From: Eledone cirrhosa
Lineage: Eukaryota
Assembly: GCA_964016885.1 (NCBI GenBank)
Contig: OZ024740.1
Span: 220,906,001 to 220,970,000, forward strand
Direction of reading: 5' to 3'
DNA length: 64,000 bases
The notes under the pieces are model-generated. The model was given only the letters and a program-made list of their open reading frames with translations, searched no databases and was not told the origin of the DNA. Within the stretch, counting starts at the first letter, position 1. Every line of letters starts with the position of its first letter. A program made the position numbers and the translations under genes. Shown piece after piece: positions 25,701-39,200 of this stretch.

Positions 25701-28700
25701 ATAAATGTACTGTATCGATGCAATGGCATAAGACTCGGCTGTAAAACATTATCTCAAAACATCCTATCCAACCCATGCCAGCATGAAAAAGGGGACATAT
25801 AAATGATGATGACAATGGGGATGATGACAATGGTGATGATGATAATGATGATGAATTGATTTTGATTTCAAGGATATGAACAATCCACCAGACGTCAATG
25901 GTTCCGGTTAATTTTTGAGTGTTATCAGGGAACTGGTTAATGCCCTTTACAGCCATTAAGGCCAGCTGGGCACTAGCAACATTCCTGATGGTGTCTAAAA
26001 AGGAAAGGAAAATTTATACTTAGTTAAATTAAATCCAAGGACAAATTAAAAAAAAAGTGGTAGTTGTTAATCGAATAATTTTTTGTAGTCATCTTATATA
26101 TATATATATATATATATAAAAGCTGACCTTTACAAAACACCAGTCACATATACACATGCAAATGTATGTACAGCTGTATATGTATGAATGTGTGTGTATC
26201 CACAGAAAATATTTCAAAGAATTCAGACACACAAACGTGCATATTCACATACACACACACACATAAGCACACTTACGTGTACACAGATGAACACAAAAAA
26301 AACAAAAGAATTCAGACACACACTTGTATATACACACACACAAACCATACAAAAAAGTTGCAAATACGTGAATATACACATACATACACTCATACATAAA
26401 AATATACACACACACACACTCATACAAAAACATACACATGTACACCAAAACACTACAAACAATCTCCACATAAACACACACACAAAACACAGGACTCACA
26501 GACACATACATGTATACATGCACACACAAACAATACAAAAGACTCAGACATCCACATATATACACACACACTCATAAAAAAAACATACATCCATGTGCAC
26601 AGAAAAAAAAAATTCAGACACATGCACTTCCATCAACAATACACAATCCACACATAGAAGTGTAGAAGATCACGCCACCTAGCTTTGACTTTGGAGGCAG
26701 TCGATTAACTGACCTTAGTTCTGACGTCAGTAGCTGAATACACTCGCTTTCCAACTTTGTGTGTTGATGCGAGCAGACGCATTTCACTGTGGCGAAACAG
26801 CGATATCACACCATGCGGTCACGGGATAATTGAACACTGCCACTTAATGATAATTACGAATTACCAATCAAGGAGCAACTGATGTGATAACCCGTTTTGT
26901 TTATTGCTCTGATTAAAATGCTCATGTACATATAATCTCGAGGTATGTTCTTTTTGCTTAATTGTTTACCTACACCTAACAACAAATAGAAGAGATGTTC
27001 TAGCAGCCAAGCTAGGGAAACGAACTCCCCTCTAAATCATAAAACAATGCAGCCTTCTAAAATGGTGACCATCTCTCCTAAAGTGGTTGACTCCAAACAT
27101 CGAACACTATAAAATGGCAACCCTCCTGATAAAACATTTCGTTGAACATTTATAAGCGAAACACTTATATCTTCTATTATGCTATTCTCTGGGCAGTGAA
27201 TATACAACAAAAAACAAAAAAAAAAACATTTAATTTTTCTGCCTTGAATTATTGTGACTTGTCGATTCTGGATTTTGCATTTCTTTCTTCATGGATGTTG
27301 AAGGAAATTTGTGTAGTTTTCCCGTTGTTCGGAACATCTAATGAAATTTCTGCATTCTTTTTACGTGAATATCACTTACTTTTATACGTCCAAGTTGATA
27401 TAGATTGACAATGAGTGGTCCTAATTTACCTGCGTTCTCAGGTGATCCCAAACTCTGGTTTGCACAACTCAACGCATATTTCGCTGCGAATGGAGTAAAA
27501 ACAGAGCAGAAGCTCAACGTTTTGATAAGCGGCATTCCTTCTTCACTCGCTACAACGGTGAAGGATTTGATAACGGACCCGTCGGCCGGTATTTCGTATG
27601 ATTCATTACGGGAAGAAATAGTAAGAAGAAACAGTCGTTCTGCTGAAAGCAGATTTCGTTCATTGTTGGATGACGTGTGTTTAGGTGACAGAACACCGTC
27701 TGAATTTTTGTGACACATCAGGGACCTCAGCGACTCGACCGACGAAGATAGCCCATTCATAAAGAAACTATTTTCTCTTGCCTGCCAAACAACGTCCAAA
27801 TTATCTTGGCAAACATTGTGGGTACCAGCTCTTTGGAGCAGATTGCTGCCTCCACTGATCGAATTGTGGAATTTTCTAGAAAGGCTACCGCCCCGGACTC
27901 GTGTGTTGCTTCTTCTGCACATTCGAACCAGCCCGTCTTAACACGCGAGGATGCCATGTTAAAAGCTACTGACGCTTTGATGCAGCAAGTCGCTCGGTTA
28001 TGCAGGGAGAATAGGCCGTATTCCCGGCAGCCTAGGAGTCGTTCGCGTTCTTTCACGACTCCACGTCAGCATACTACTTCGCCCGCCAGTAATCCATTAT
28101 TTTGCTGGTATCATGCCAGCTTCGCGGATAAGGCAAAACATTGCCGGCCTCCATGTAAATATTCAGCTTCGGGAAATGTAAATCAGAGTCACTAAAGGCG
28201 GCAAGTGAACTCTGCGAGACACAACAGAACCGCCATTTCTTCATAGAGGACCTCCTGTCTGGAAGAGCCTTCCTCATAGATGCAGGAGCTTCGTGCAGTA
28301 TTTGACCTGTTAATTGTATGACAGTAACTCCTCCCGAGTCGTCGATTGAATTGCAAGCTGTCAACCAGTCACCAATCCAAACTTTTGGACAGATCTCGCT
28401 TCCTCTTCAGTTTCGAAATCTTCGTCGGGATTTCAAATGGGTTTTCAATGTTGCTGACCTGCCATACCCGATTTTGGGTGCGGACTTCCTGCACCATTTT
28501 TCTTTGACGGTAGACGTCCGTCACCAACACCTAGTCGACGATATTACTGGTTTTTCTCTTTGTGGCAGGACGGCAGAAGTTTCTACAGTTAGTCCGACAT
28601 TCTTCATCGCTAACTCCGGAAACCCATATCATGGATTGTTGAAATCGTTCCCGCAACTGACTCATGGAAATTTTAGAGTCACTGATCCGAACCACGCCAT

Positions 28701-31700
28701 GGAGCATTTCATTACTACTACTGGCGCTCCAAACTGAAAGCAGCACGGTCCGAGTTCGATCATATGCTGCAGCTCGGAGTTATTCGTCCTTCCACGAACC
28801 CGTGGGCATCTCCATTACATATGGTGCCAAAATCTTCTGGGGATTATAGACGATTGAACTCGATGACCGTACCGGATCGGTATTCTATCCCTCATCTGCA
28901 GGATTTTGCATCATCGTTGCAAGGTTGTAACATCTTTTTGAAACTCAATTTGATACGAGCCTACAACCAAATTCTTGTCAACAGAGACGACATCCCGAAA
29001 ACGGCTATATCTACGCCATTTGGATCTTTTGAATTTCTCACCATGCCTTTCGGGTTAAGGAATGCTGCTAGCACCTTCCAGCGATTTATGGATGAGGTCA
29101 CTCGCGACCTCGATTTTGTATACACATATATTGACGATCTTCTTGTTGCTAGCTCTTCTTCAGCGCAACATTTGCGCCATCTGGACCTTCTATTTTGTCG
29201 TTTGAAGGATTACAATGTTCGGATTAATCCATCAAAATGTGTTTTTGGTTCCGAATCTCTGAATTTTTGGGGCCATGTCATTGACACTGATGGTATTCGA
29301 CCTATTCCTGAGAGAGTTAAAGCTATAGAGGATTTGCCTCCACCAACCTCACTCCGTCAGTTGCGCCAATTCTTGGGGCTGATTAATTTTTATAGGCGGT
29401 TTGTGCCTAATTGTGCTAAGCTACACTTCTCTTTGACGGAAATTTTGAAAAATTGTCGAAAGAAAAATAAAGACATTTCTTTGAATGAAACTCAGCTCGA
29501 GGATTTTGAGAATGCGAAAATTGCTCTAACCAATGCATCTTTGCTGGCTCACCCAGTGTCCAATGCTAAACTTTCATTTTGTGTTGATGCGTTGGATACT
29601 GCCGTGGGCGCAGTTTTACAACAAAGTAGGAATGATCAACAGCAACTGTTTGAATTTTTCTCCAGGAAGCTGAAACCTGCTGAAACCCGCTACAGCACCT
29701 TTGGACGGGAGTTGTTAGCTATATACTTATCGGTGAAGCATTTTTCGCACATGCTTGATGGAAGAACGTTCACCATTTCACGGACCACAAGCCGTTGACA
29801 TTCGCCTTGCAAGCAAAGGCCGACAAATACTCGCCCAGAGAAACTAGACATGTCAACCTCATCTCTCAATTTACTAATGATATTCAACATATTCCGGGTT
29901 CTATGAATACAGCGGCCGACGGCGTCTGGTTTGCCGATTGCTTCGATCTCGTCATCCAATGACATAGATTTGAATCGCTTGGCAGCCGATCAGCCTACCC
30001 TTGAATCATTGGATGTTACATCATCTGAATTTGTGAATTTCAGGATGAAATACCTACCATTATCGACCGCAGATGGACGGATCCTCTGCGGCGTCTCTTT
30101 GGATGCGCCACGCCCTTTTGTTCCGTTGAACCCTCGTCGAACTGTGTTTCTTGTTTTACATGGCATTTCACATCCAGGATCTTCTGTCACAGTAAAACTC
30201 ATAACGGCTAGATTCTTCTGGCCAAATATGAGACGTGATATTACTGTTTGGTGCTGTTCCTGTGTTGCTTGCCAGAAATCAAAAGTTCACAGGCATGTTA
30301 AGACTCCTCTAGTTACTTTTAGTAACCCGGACGCTCGGTTTCGCCACATTCATGTGGACATCGTGGGACCTTGGCCAATCAGCGGTGGTTATAATTAGAT
30401 AATGACTGTTATCGATCGTTTTTCGCGATGGCCTGAAGCCATCCCCTTGAAAGATATCACTGCTGAGACAACAGCGCGTGCCCTTGTGTCTGGATGGATC
30501 GCTCGATATGGAGTACCAACGTCAATTACCACGGACCGTGGAAGGCAGTTTGAATAGAATCTCTTCCATGAATTAACGAAAATCATCGGCGCTAAACGCA
30601 TCCGAACGACTGCATATCATCCTGCCTCTAATGGAATGGTGGAGCACTTCCACCGACAACTAAAAGCCGCCCTACGGACTTCTCCTGACTCTACGTGTTG
30701 GAGCGAGTACCTCCCTATTGTGTTGCTGGGGATTTGGTCAACAATAAAGGAGGACCTTGGGTTCTCCCCAGCTGAATTATTATATGGTGCTCCTCTAGCG
30801 TTACCTGGGCAAATGCTTGCCCCTGTCGATCTTGCTGCACAGGATCCGCTTTCCTACGTATCCCGTCTGCGTTCCTATTTTCAGGACCTGCCGCCGATGG
30901 ATACGAGGAAGCAAACTGTAAAATCTGCAGTCCCGAGGGATATTGCCTCGTGGACCCACGTGTTCGTGAGAAACGATGCTGTGAGACCACCTCTCACACA
31001 ACCGTACTCTGGACCCTACCGTGTATTAGCTCATTCTGAGAAACATTTCACTGTAGACATTAAGGGTTCCAGAGAGACGGTTTCTATTGATCGACTCAAA
31101 TGAGCACATTTGGACACAGACGCTATCACACCTGAGCCACAAACGCCCCCATCTTTTTCTTTCGCACACACACCTGCTTCTTCGTTGTCCCCCCTCACCA
31201 AGATATAAGACTACGACCCGTTCCGGTCGGAGGGTTCATTGGCCCAAAAAACTGTGTAGCACTGTATATTTTAAAGCTGCTATTGTGCGGCGCTTTAATC
31301 CTATATTTCCTATTTGAACTTTTAAAAATTGTATTTACATTTTATTATAATTTTTTTTCTTTCTCGTTCTTGCATGCTTGTTTCATATGTTCTTTTGAAA
31401 TTTGTTGTGCCCTTCATGCTTGGTTGGGCTGATTTGCTCCTTGGTTTGGGGTTTTTGCTAGTTGCTCATCGTTTTTCTACATACATGGTCCGATGAACCG
31501 ATTTTTATTTCCTTTTCTAAAAATCTGGTGGGGGGGGGGGCATGTAGAAGATCACGCCACCTAGCTTTGACTTTGGAGGCAGTCGATTAACTGCCCTTAG
31601 TTCTGACGTCAGTAGCTGAATACACCCTCTTTCCAACTTTGTGTGTTGATGCGAGCAGACGCATTTCACTGTGGCGAAACAGTGATATCACACCATGCGG

Positions 31701-34700
31701 TCACAGGATAATTGAACACTGCCACTTAATGATAATTATGAATTACCAATCAAGGAGCAACCGATATGATAACCTGTTTTGTTTATTGCTCTGATTAAAA
31801 TGCTCATGTACATATAATCTCGAGGTATGTTCTTTTTGCTTAATTGTTTACCTACACCTAACAACAAATAGAAGAGATGTTCTAGCAGCCAAGCTAGGGA
31901 AATGAACTCCCCGCTAAATCGTAAAACAACGCAGCCTTCTAAAATGGTGACCATCTCTGCTAAAGAAGCAATAACGCACATCAATGAAATGCACTCAATC
32001 TGCACACCCATAACTATTTAATTTATTTATCTTTAATTTGTTTTCTTTTAAGGCTCAAGATAATTTCTTTGAACGCAAAACTTTTTTGTCAACCCCTAAT
32101 ATACTACAAATTCTTATAAGGACCCCAGATGATAACCACTGTTCTAAACCAGGTGTGGGCAACCTTTTTCGAACAGTGGGCCACATAGGATGTGGTTCAT
32201 CATAAGGTGGACCACACTACCAAAAAAATCCAAGGCACTTTTGAAATTAGGTGTGCTATTCGGAAATCTAAATGGGGTGCATGCGGCCCACAGCTTGCTC
32301 ATGACTTTTCTAAACACTAACTTAATAATAAGAACATTAGTTATTTTACAAAATCCCTTGAAATTTTTGATGATTTTCAGAATTAACTGAAGATTATGAG
32401 CAGCATCTTTCATTAGAAATATCGTAATGAAAGGGTTAAGACAACTTGAAAGAATATATTTATCAAAATATCTAAAACCGATTGACCAATATCATATCCT
32501 ATGAATCCTTATTTGCAGACACATATCTTAAATATAGTTCATTACTAGTACCTTATGGAACACATTTGGGAAATCTGGGAGAAAATGGATCCCCTCACAG
32601 ACATGCCTGTGTGTGTGTGTGTGTCTTCTGCCAGTATATATCAGAAGAAGATGTAAACATCAGAGAAAAAAAAAGTGCTTTTAAAACAAAGTCCCTTGCA
32701 ATATTTGTTCTGCACTGAATTACAGATACATTCTCTCATAGTTAGAAATGCATTGAACCAGTGATTAGCCATTTGAAAACCTGTTAACGATGATGCTGTT
32801 GTTCACCAAATGTGATATAGAATAAATAAATAAATGAAGATTAACAACAATAAAAGAGAGTTGCTCCAGGTAGAACTATTACTTTTCTGAATTGAGAGAT
32901 CACAGCTGTGATATTATGGGCATGTGGTTAGAATATCTTAGGTAAGAATTGTTGGACAGATTTTATGGGCAAAACCAATTGGCAGGACACCCAGGGGTAG
33001 ACACTGAGCAAGATGGGTGGATAAAATCCAAGAGCTTGGCTGCTTGTGGCAGGACCTGCTAGAGGGTGTGCTTGAGAACTTATCCTCCATGACCCTCTCA
33101 AGAAGAAGAAAGAAGAAAACAACAACAACAACAATAAACATAAAACAAGCAAGCAAATAACTGGGTTACCTATAAAGACCCTGTAGCTCTTCTGCTCAGG
33201 ACTATGTCTCCAACCATAAGGCCATCCGATCATAATTGTGTTATGTTTCAAACCTCCAAGGCCGGCTGTCTGGGTTCTGTAAGATTAAAAACTCTTATGT
33301 TATTTCAATAGCAGCAGGAATCATCTGATTTCTTTCCTTTCTTTTTTTAAAAAAATTCATAATATACATAAGAAGGGCATCAAGCCATAGGAAACCTGCC
33401 AACCAAAGGGTTGAGAGGACTCTTGATCTGTGTCAAAGATATGACGTTCTCCATAAGAATGTTGACCTAGACAATACATGCAGCCAGTATACTCTATAAA
33501 GAGGTTAGTGTTAAGGAGGGCATCCAGCCATAGGAAATCTGTCAAACAAAGGGTTGGAAGGATTCTTCAGTTACATGAAATACATGACCACCTTCATAAT
33601 ATTGGTAATAAGAAGGGCATCCAGCTGTAGGAAACTTGCTAAACAAAAGGTTGGGAGGATTTTTCAGCTATGTCAAAGACATGATGACCTCCTTAGTGTT
33701 AGTGTCACAATAAAATGCACTCGGTAGAGAATAGGAACATATGCAAATGAGATACGGGCCCCTCACCTATCTGAGAACAATGTAGAGTGTAACAACATAT
33801 GTAAGAGAGATGCATGCGCATGATCCATCTGAGAGATCAGTAACTTAACTTGAGTACTGACTCGGTCGGTGATGACGTGTCCAACTCTTGCTAGCAGGAA
33901 GAATAGATCTTAAATAATGATGATGATGGCAATAACTTTGGCGAAGTGACTGACTGATCATCTCATCTTTTTAGGGGTGTATCATCATCATCATCATCAC
34001 CATTTAACATCCATTTTTCCACGCTAGCATGGGTTAGATGTGTTTTCCTGTTGTGAGACAAGTCAGATCTTGCTCATACAGAACCGTTTCTGGCTTGGTT
34101 TCTATGGCTGGATGTCTTCCTAACGCCAGCCACATTTACAGTGTGGAGTGGGTGCTTTTTATCATGGCAGCAAAACGATCACTTTACAGTGTGGGCTGGT
34201 TGTTTTTTGTCATGACACCTAACACAACTACTTTACAGTGTTTTTGGATGTCAGTAGACCTGCTTCAGTAGTGACTCGGTCTGTGAAAACCCTTCCAACT
34301 CTTGCCAGCAAGGAAACTGGATGTTAAATGATGATGATGAGAGGATGAGATTTGAAGGAGAGTTAGCTGCTATTTCTGGATGAATGAATACTTATTTGTC
34401 TAATCAGTCAATTATTAGTTAGCTATTATTTCTAGATATCTTCACCTAGTTTTTTTTTTTAAGTTCCTGATAATTTTAGGTCAATGAATAGAGGAAGACA
34501 ATAGAGTGGTTTATTTCCGTGAAGTGGTTAGTACCTATATTTTGGTGGTGGTGTTGTAGGAGACTAAAGTGCCAAGTTCCTGTTGAAGTCTATTTTGGTG
34601 ATCTCCTATTGTATCAAGAAACGATGGAAATTAAAATATAGGTAATATATTGCCTTATGAATGAATTTGGTAGATGGAAACTGTAGAAAGCCTGTTGTAT

Positions 34701-35564
34701 ACAGATGTGCATAAATATACATGTATGTATATAAGTGTAAAAAAAAAAATATATATATATATATATATCTTAGTTTCAGAAAAGCAGAAATTGTTTGCTT
34801 AAACTTTTAATCTGTACTATTAATATATATATATATATTCATTATTATTAAGGCTAAAAAGTGAGTCTTGTTACTCAGGATTTTTGCCTGTTTATCTCAG
34901 CCGTTAACCACATACAGATATATATATATATATATGTATGCATAAATTCTCTTCCCTTTGGTATTTGTTGTTGTTATCTATTGAAATTAGCATACATATG
35001 GTCAAAATTTTGTTCATGGAGTTTTCCTCTAATATCGTAATTGAGTCTACTATGATGCCAAGAATTTATTTCTCGCATCAAGTGTCTAGAGACTACCTCA
35101 GATGTTTTTGACTTGTGCTGATTAAGTGCAAATATGGCTCCAATGAACTACTACTCTATCATCATCATCATTATCATCATTTAACATCTATCTTCCATGC
35201 TGGAATGGGTTAGTCTATATATATATAAATATATAGTAGTTAGAACATCAGGCTGACAGTCCTGAGGTTGTGAGTTTGATTCTTGGACCGGGTTTTACGT
35301 TTTGTTCTTGAGCAAGACACTTTATTTCACATTGATCCAGTTCACTCAGCTGTAGAAATGAGTTGAGATGTCACTGGTGCCAAGCTGTATTGGCCATTGC
35401 CTTTCCCTTGGACAACATCGGTGGTGTGGAGAGGAGAGACTGGTATTCATGGGTGGTTGCTGGTCTTCTACAAACAACCTTGCCCGGACTTGTGCCTCGG
35501 AGAGGAACTTTCTAGGTGCAAATCCCATGGCCATTCATGACCGAAGGGGGTCTTTACGCTTTAC

Positions 35565-35617
<53 letters not shown>

Positions 35618-36252
35618 GTAAAAGGTTAACAGAAATAAAACAAATGGTATAGTATATGGAAGGAATACATTAGTTTAAAGCTTAATGGGACACTCGTCTA
35701 AAACACGCTAGTGTGGAAATATGGACATTAAACGATGATAATAATGATATAGTATAAATAGAGAATTAGGAAAAACCAGGTGAGAAAAGATGAAATTTGA
35801 AAAAAGATTTATAACATTATATTGTAATATAATTGCCTAGTTTTTCCTAATATTCTATTTATTCTAAATTATTCTGTGAAATTCTATTTGGAACCATGTA
35901 CCATATTTGATGATTCAACATCTGGATACTTATAACTCCACCAACTACGTTGAGCACAACTGACTGATAGGCTGTTTATTTCACCTTTCTTGCATATTCA
36001 CTCCACATAAACACGAATTAACCAACATAAGAAGAAACCTCTATATCTATCTATATGTATATACCATGCTAGTGTGGAAGATGGACATTAAACGATGATG
36101 ATGATGATGATAGAAGAAGTCAACACAGTAATACAATACAATGATGATATATTAGGAAAATGAAGGAAAGAAGAGAGGATGCTTGGCAGAGAGAAGAAGA
36201 AATAGCAAGACAGACAGGAATAAGAAAAAAAATAGAAAATAGTAAAAAGGCA

Positions 36253-36287
<35 letters not shown>

Positions 36288-39200
36288 AATAGGGTCTATC
36301 AGTCTGAATATGGCAAATGACACAAATCTTCAGTCAATTGAGACTATCCTTGCAATTTCAAGAATGAAACTCCTTTTAGGGGTGTTAAAGTAAAGAGAAG
36401 CAAGGAAGAGAACTCTTGTAGCTTGAGCTGAACCATGGGAACAGACCATGTGTTTGTGTGAATGTGTGTGCATATGTATGTATGGATACCAGATGTCATG
36501 GATGCCATATCAATACTACTATAAGCCTGAGGTATTAGAAAATGTTAACAGCATATATCATACTTAAAATAAGGTATGGTTTGGCATGAGGGAGGATATT
36601 CTACCATAGAAATACTTACCAGAACAGAGATCTCATTCAACCCATGCAAGCATGGACAAACAGACATAAAAGCAATGATGAAGATGATGATGATGATGAG
36701 CCAATTTAAAGCCTATAAGAGTACTTACAGGTGACATAACCCCTCAATCACACTTTTTGCCACTAATACATCTGCAAAACCTTTGATATTTTCTGAATCC
36801 ATTAAATGATCAAGTGCCTATAAAGAAATAAAAAATAGAAAATTTAACCAAACAAAAAAATAACAAAGCATGAGACATCAGATATCTTATCCCTTACATC
36901 CCAAAAGAAGAAAATAAAAATAGCTCATATCTTAAAAGGGTTAACAGCCGGAAAAAAAAATCCTTTTGTTAACATATTTCTTATGAAAGACACTGCTTAT
37001 GATTTTCAAATATTTTTAATAAAGAATTTGGAGAAATTTAGAAGAGTTTTTATTATCAAGTTGATATTTGAAGCATTACTTAACAAAATGTTACATAAAA
37101 TCAGAATGAAAGGTATGACTATTTTAAAAGGAGCAGTTTTCTATAATAAAACCAGCAGTGGTTTCAGGCAGATTGGTATCAAAAGGGTTAAGTAGATTGC
37201 ATACAAAGGGTTAACAAAAGAAAAGATTATAAAATCCATTCGTTAACATATTTCTAATGAAAAAAACTGCCTATGATTTTCAATTATTTTTGTAAATAAT
37301 CAAGAATTTGGAAGAGCTTAGTAATATAAGTAACTTTACCATTACTAATCAGGTGTTTTGAACATAACTAACTTTCTCATTATCTATTTGTATTTGGAGC
37401 ATAACTTAATAAAGGCTCTTACATAAAAGTATGATGGAAGATTTGTATATAAATATAAACAGTAAAATAAACGATAGGTAGTATCTAGTAGTTTGGTATT
37501 AAAGGATTAAAAATATCTATAATACCATTCTGGTTGCTTTGACATGGGTACAAATGTTACACTTTTAACAAGTTTAACTATGGAACATAAAGATATATAA
37601 TTTAAAAGTTTTTACATAATGAAAGAAGTATTATGTTTTCAGCAATATTATATAAGAACATTTATTAAGTTATGTTCCAAACAATATCTTAATTATTAGA
37701 ATATTAATTATATATTATAACTACATCCCTCAACATTTTTAATTTTTTCACAATTATTTGAAAACCAAAGGCAGTGTCTTTCATTGGAAATATATGGTAG
37801 TAAAACATTTAACAGAAAAGTTTTAAAATACACTTACTTGTTTAGCAGCTTGAGATTTAGCAAACGTTCTCCTAAAATCTCCTTCTAGTACACTGGATAC
37901 TAGAATAAGTCCTTTACCTAAAAGTTAATTAAAAATATAGAATATACAATAAATTTAACAATTTCTTCACAAAATATTATTATATGTTTATGGTCTTAAA
38001 TTTTTAGAATAAGATTTTCTTATGGTAACATTAAATTGGAAGTTGTATTATTCTTAAGCAGTGGATTTTAAGGAAATGTTAATATAGTTGACCATTTAAA
38101 AAAAATATTTAGTCAAGAGAAGAGCAATGTACGTGGCCCTTTTCAGAGCCTCTGAAACTAGTTGGAAGGAGGGGAGATGGTAACCACAAAACAGAGTCCT
38201 GGTCTGAATTACTTGCAGCAGAACATGAACTCTGGTGAAGGCACCCAAGGGCCAAGTGGTGACAAGACTACCACTCAAATAGGTTGCAGTAGGATTTGAA
38301 CTCAGAACAAAAACAGCAAGAAAAGGCAATGCTTTAACAATGCTGTAAATTCACTACCCTAGACTGGTACTTTATTTTATTGACCCTGAAAGGATGAAAT
38401 GCAAAATTCCCCTCAGCATGATTTAAACTGAGAGCATAGAAGATGGAAACAAATGCTGCAAGGTATTTTGTACCATGCTCTAATGACTGCCAGTTAAGGA
38501 AACGCTGGTCTAAACAATTCTATTTTTCTATATGAACCAATGTAGAATCTTCTATATTTATTTAGTGTTTCTTCCATCATTACTTCAACATGTATAGAAG
38601 TTCATGTTTCACTGATGAGGGCATAATAATACCTGGTACTTGAGTTTAATGAAGCCACCATACAATCCTGCAGTCTAATGACTGCAACAGGCAAAATAAT
38701 AAACGAGAGTTAAAGAATATATAAATATATATATGCATACCAGCTTTTAATTGAGTTGCGAGTGTTGCCAATTTTGGGTACATTGGTTTCAAATTTTCAT
38801 CTGGTTTCATAAGAACAAGCAATTGGGGTCTAAAGAAAGAAAGAAAGAAAGAAGGAATATCAGAAAATTATATGCACATATGAAATAAAATGATATTGTT
38901 TAACTTGTCATAATGTCAATATTTGTTAAAGTATAGAAATAATCAAGTCATCTCCAGTTAATTACTGGTAGATATTTGATCAACTTGGACAGATTTAGAT
39001 TTGTTACTATATTTATTTCCCTTAAAGCACACACTGCTATCTTAAGAAAGTTGATAAGACTACATTTCTTCTTTTCCTCTTACCTCCTGAGGGAGTCGTA
39101 GGGGCTTCCAGAGACGGATAAAGAGAATGAGAGAATGGAAGTTAGAAAGAAATATAGAGGAAGAATCGATCCCAGTACTTTTTTTATTGACCTCAAATGG

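Larger units (their letters stand above)
24441..25877 (-). other. U12-type intron, AT-AC subtype donor with apparent AT...AT termini (1437 nt)
   Basis: 5' ATATCCTTG; branch TTTCTCTTAAC at 24460-24450; 3' end ...tttgattat|ATGAAGGAGGT. Confidence 0.8.
26661..31964 (+). mobile_element. Decayed Ty3/Gypsy LTR retrotransposon, CsRn1-like clade
   Basis: Two 422-bp LTRs; GAAG TSD (26657-60, 31965-68); PBS-like TGGTTGACTCC after the 5' LTR; G-run PPT at 31527-31540; gag CHCC knuckle CWYHx9Cx3C; protease LIDAGA; RT YIDD; RNase H; integrase HHCC and GPY motifs; several stops and frameshifts. Confidence 0.93.

Noticed and set aside
25648-25877. Read-through of the KCC exon into [14 protein letters not shown] (ORF 25648..25956)
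   Set aside because: Sequence after WWIVH is intron (U12 donor plus a TCA repeat); KCC homology resumes at 24440.
26166-26577. His/Thr-rich and Cys/Val-rich ORFs
   Set aside because: Artefacts of a CA-rich simple repeat; the same applies to the Y/I-rich ORFs at 4226, 5996 and 54500.
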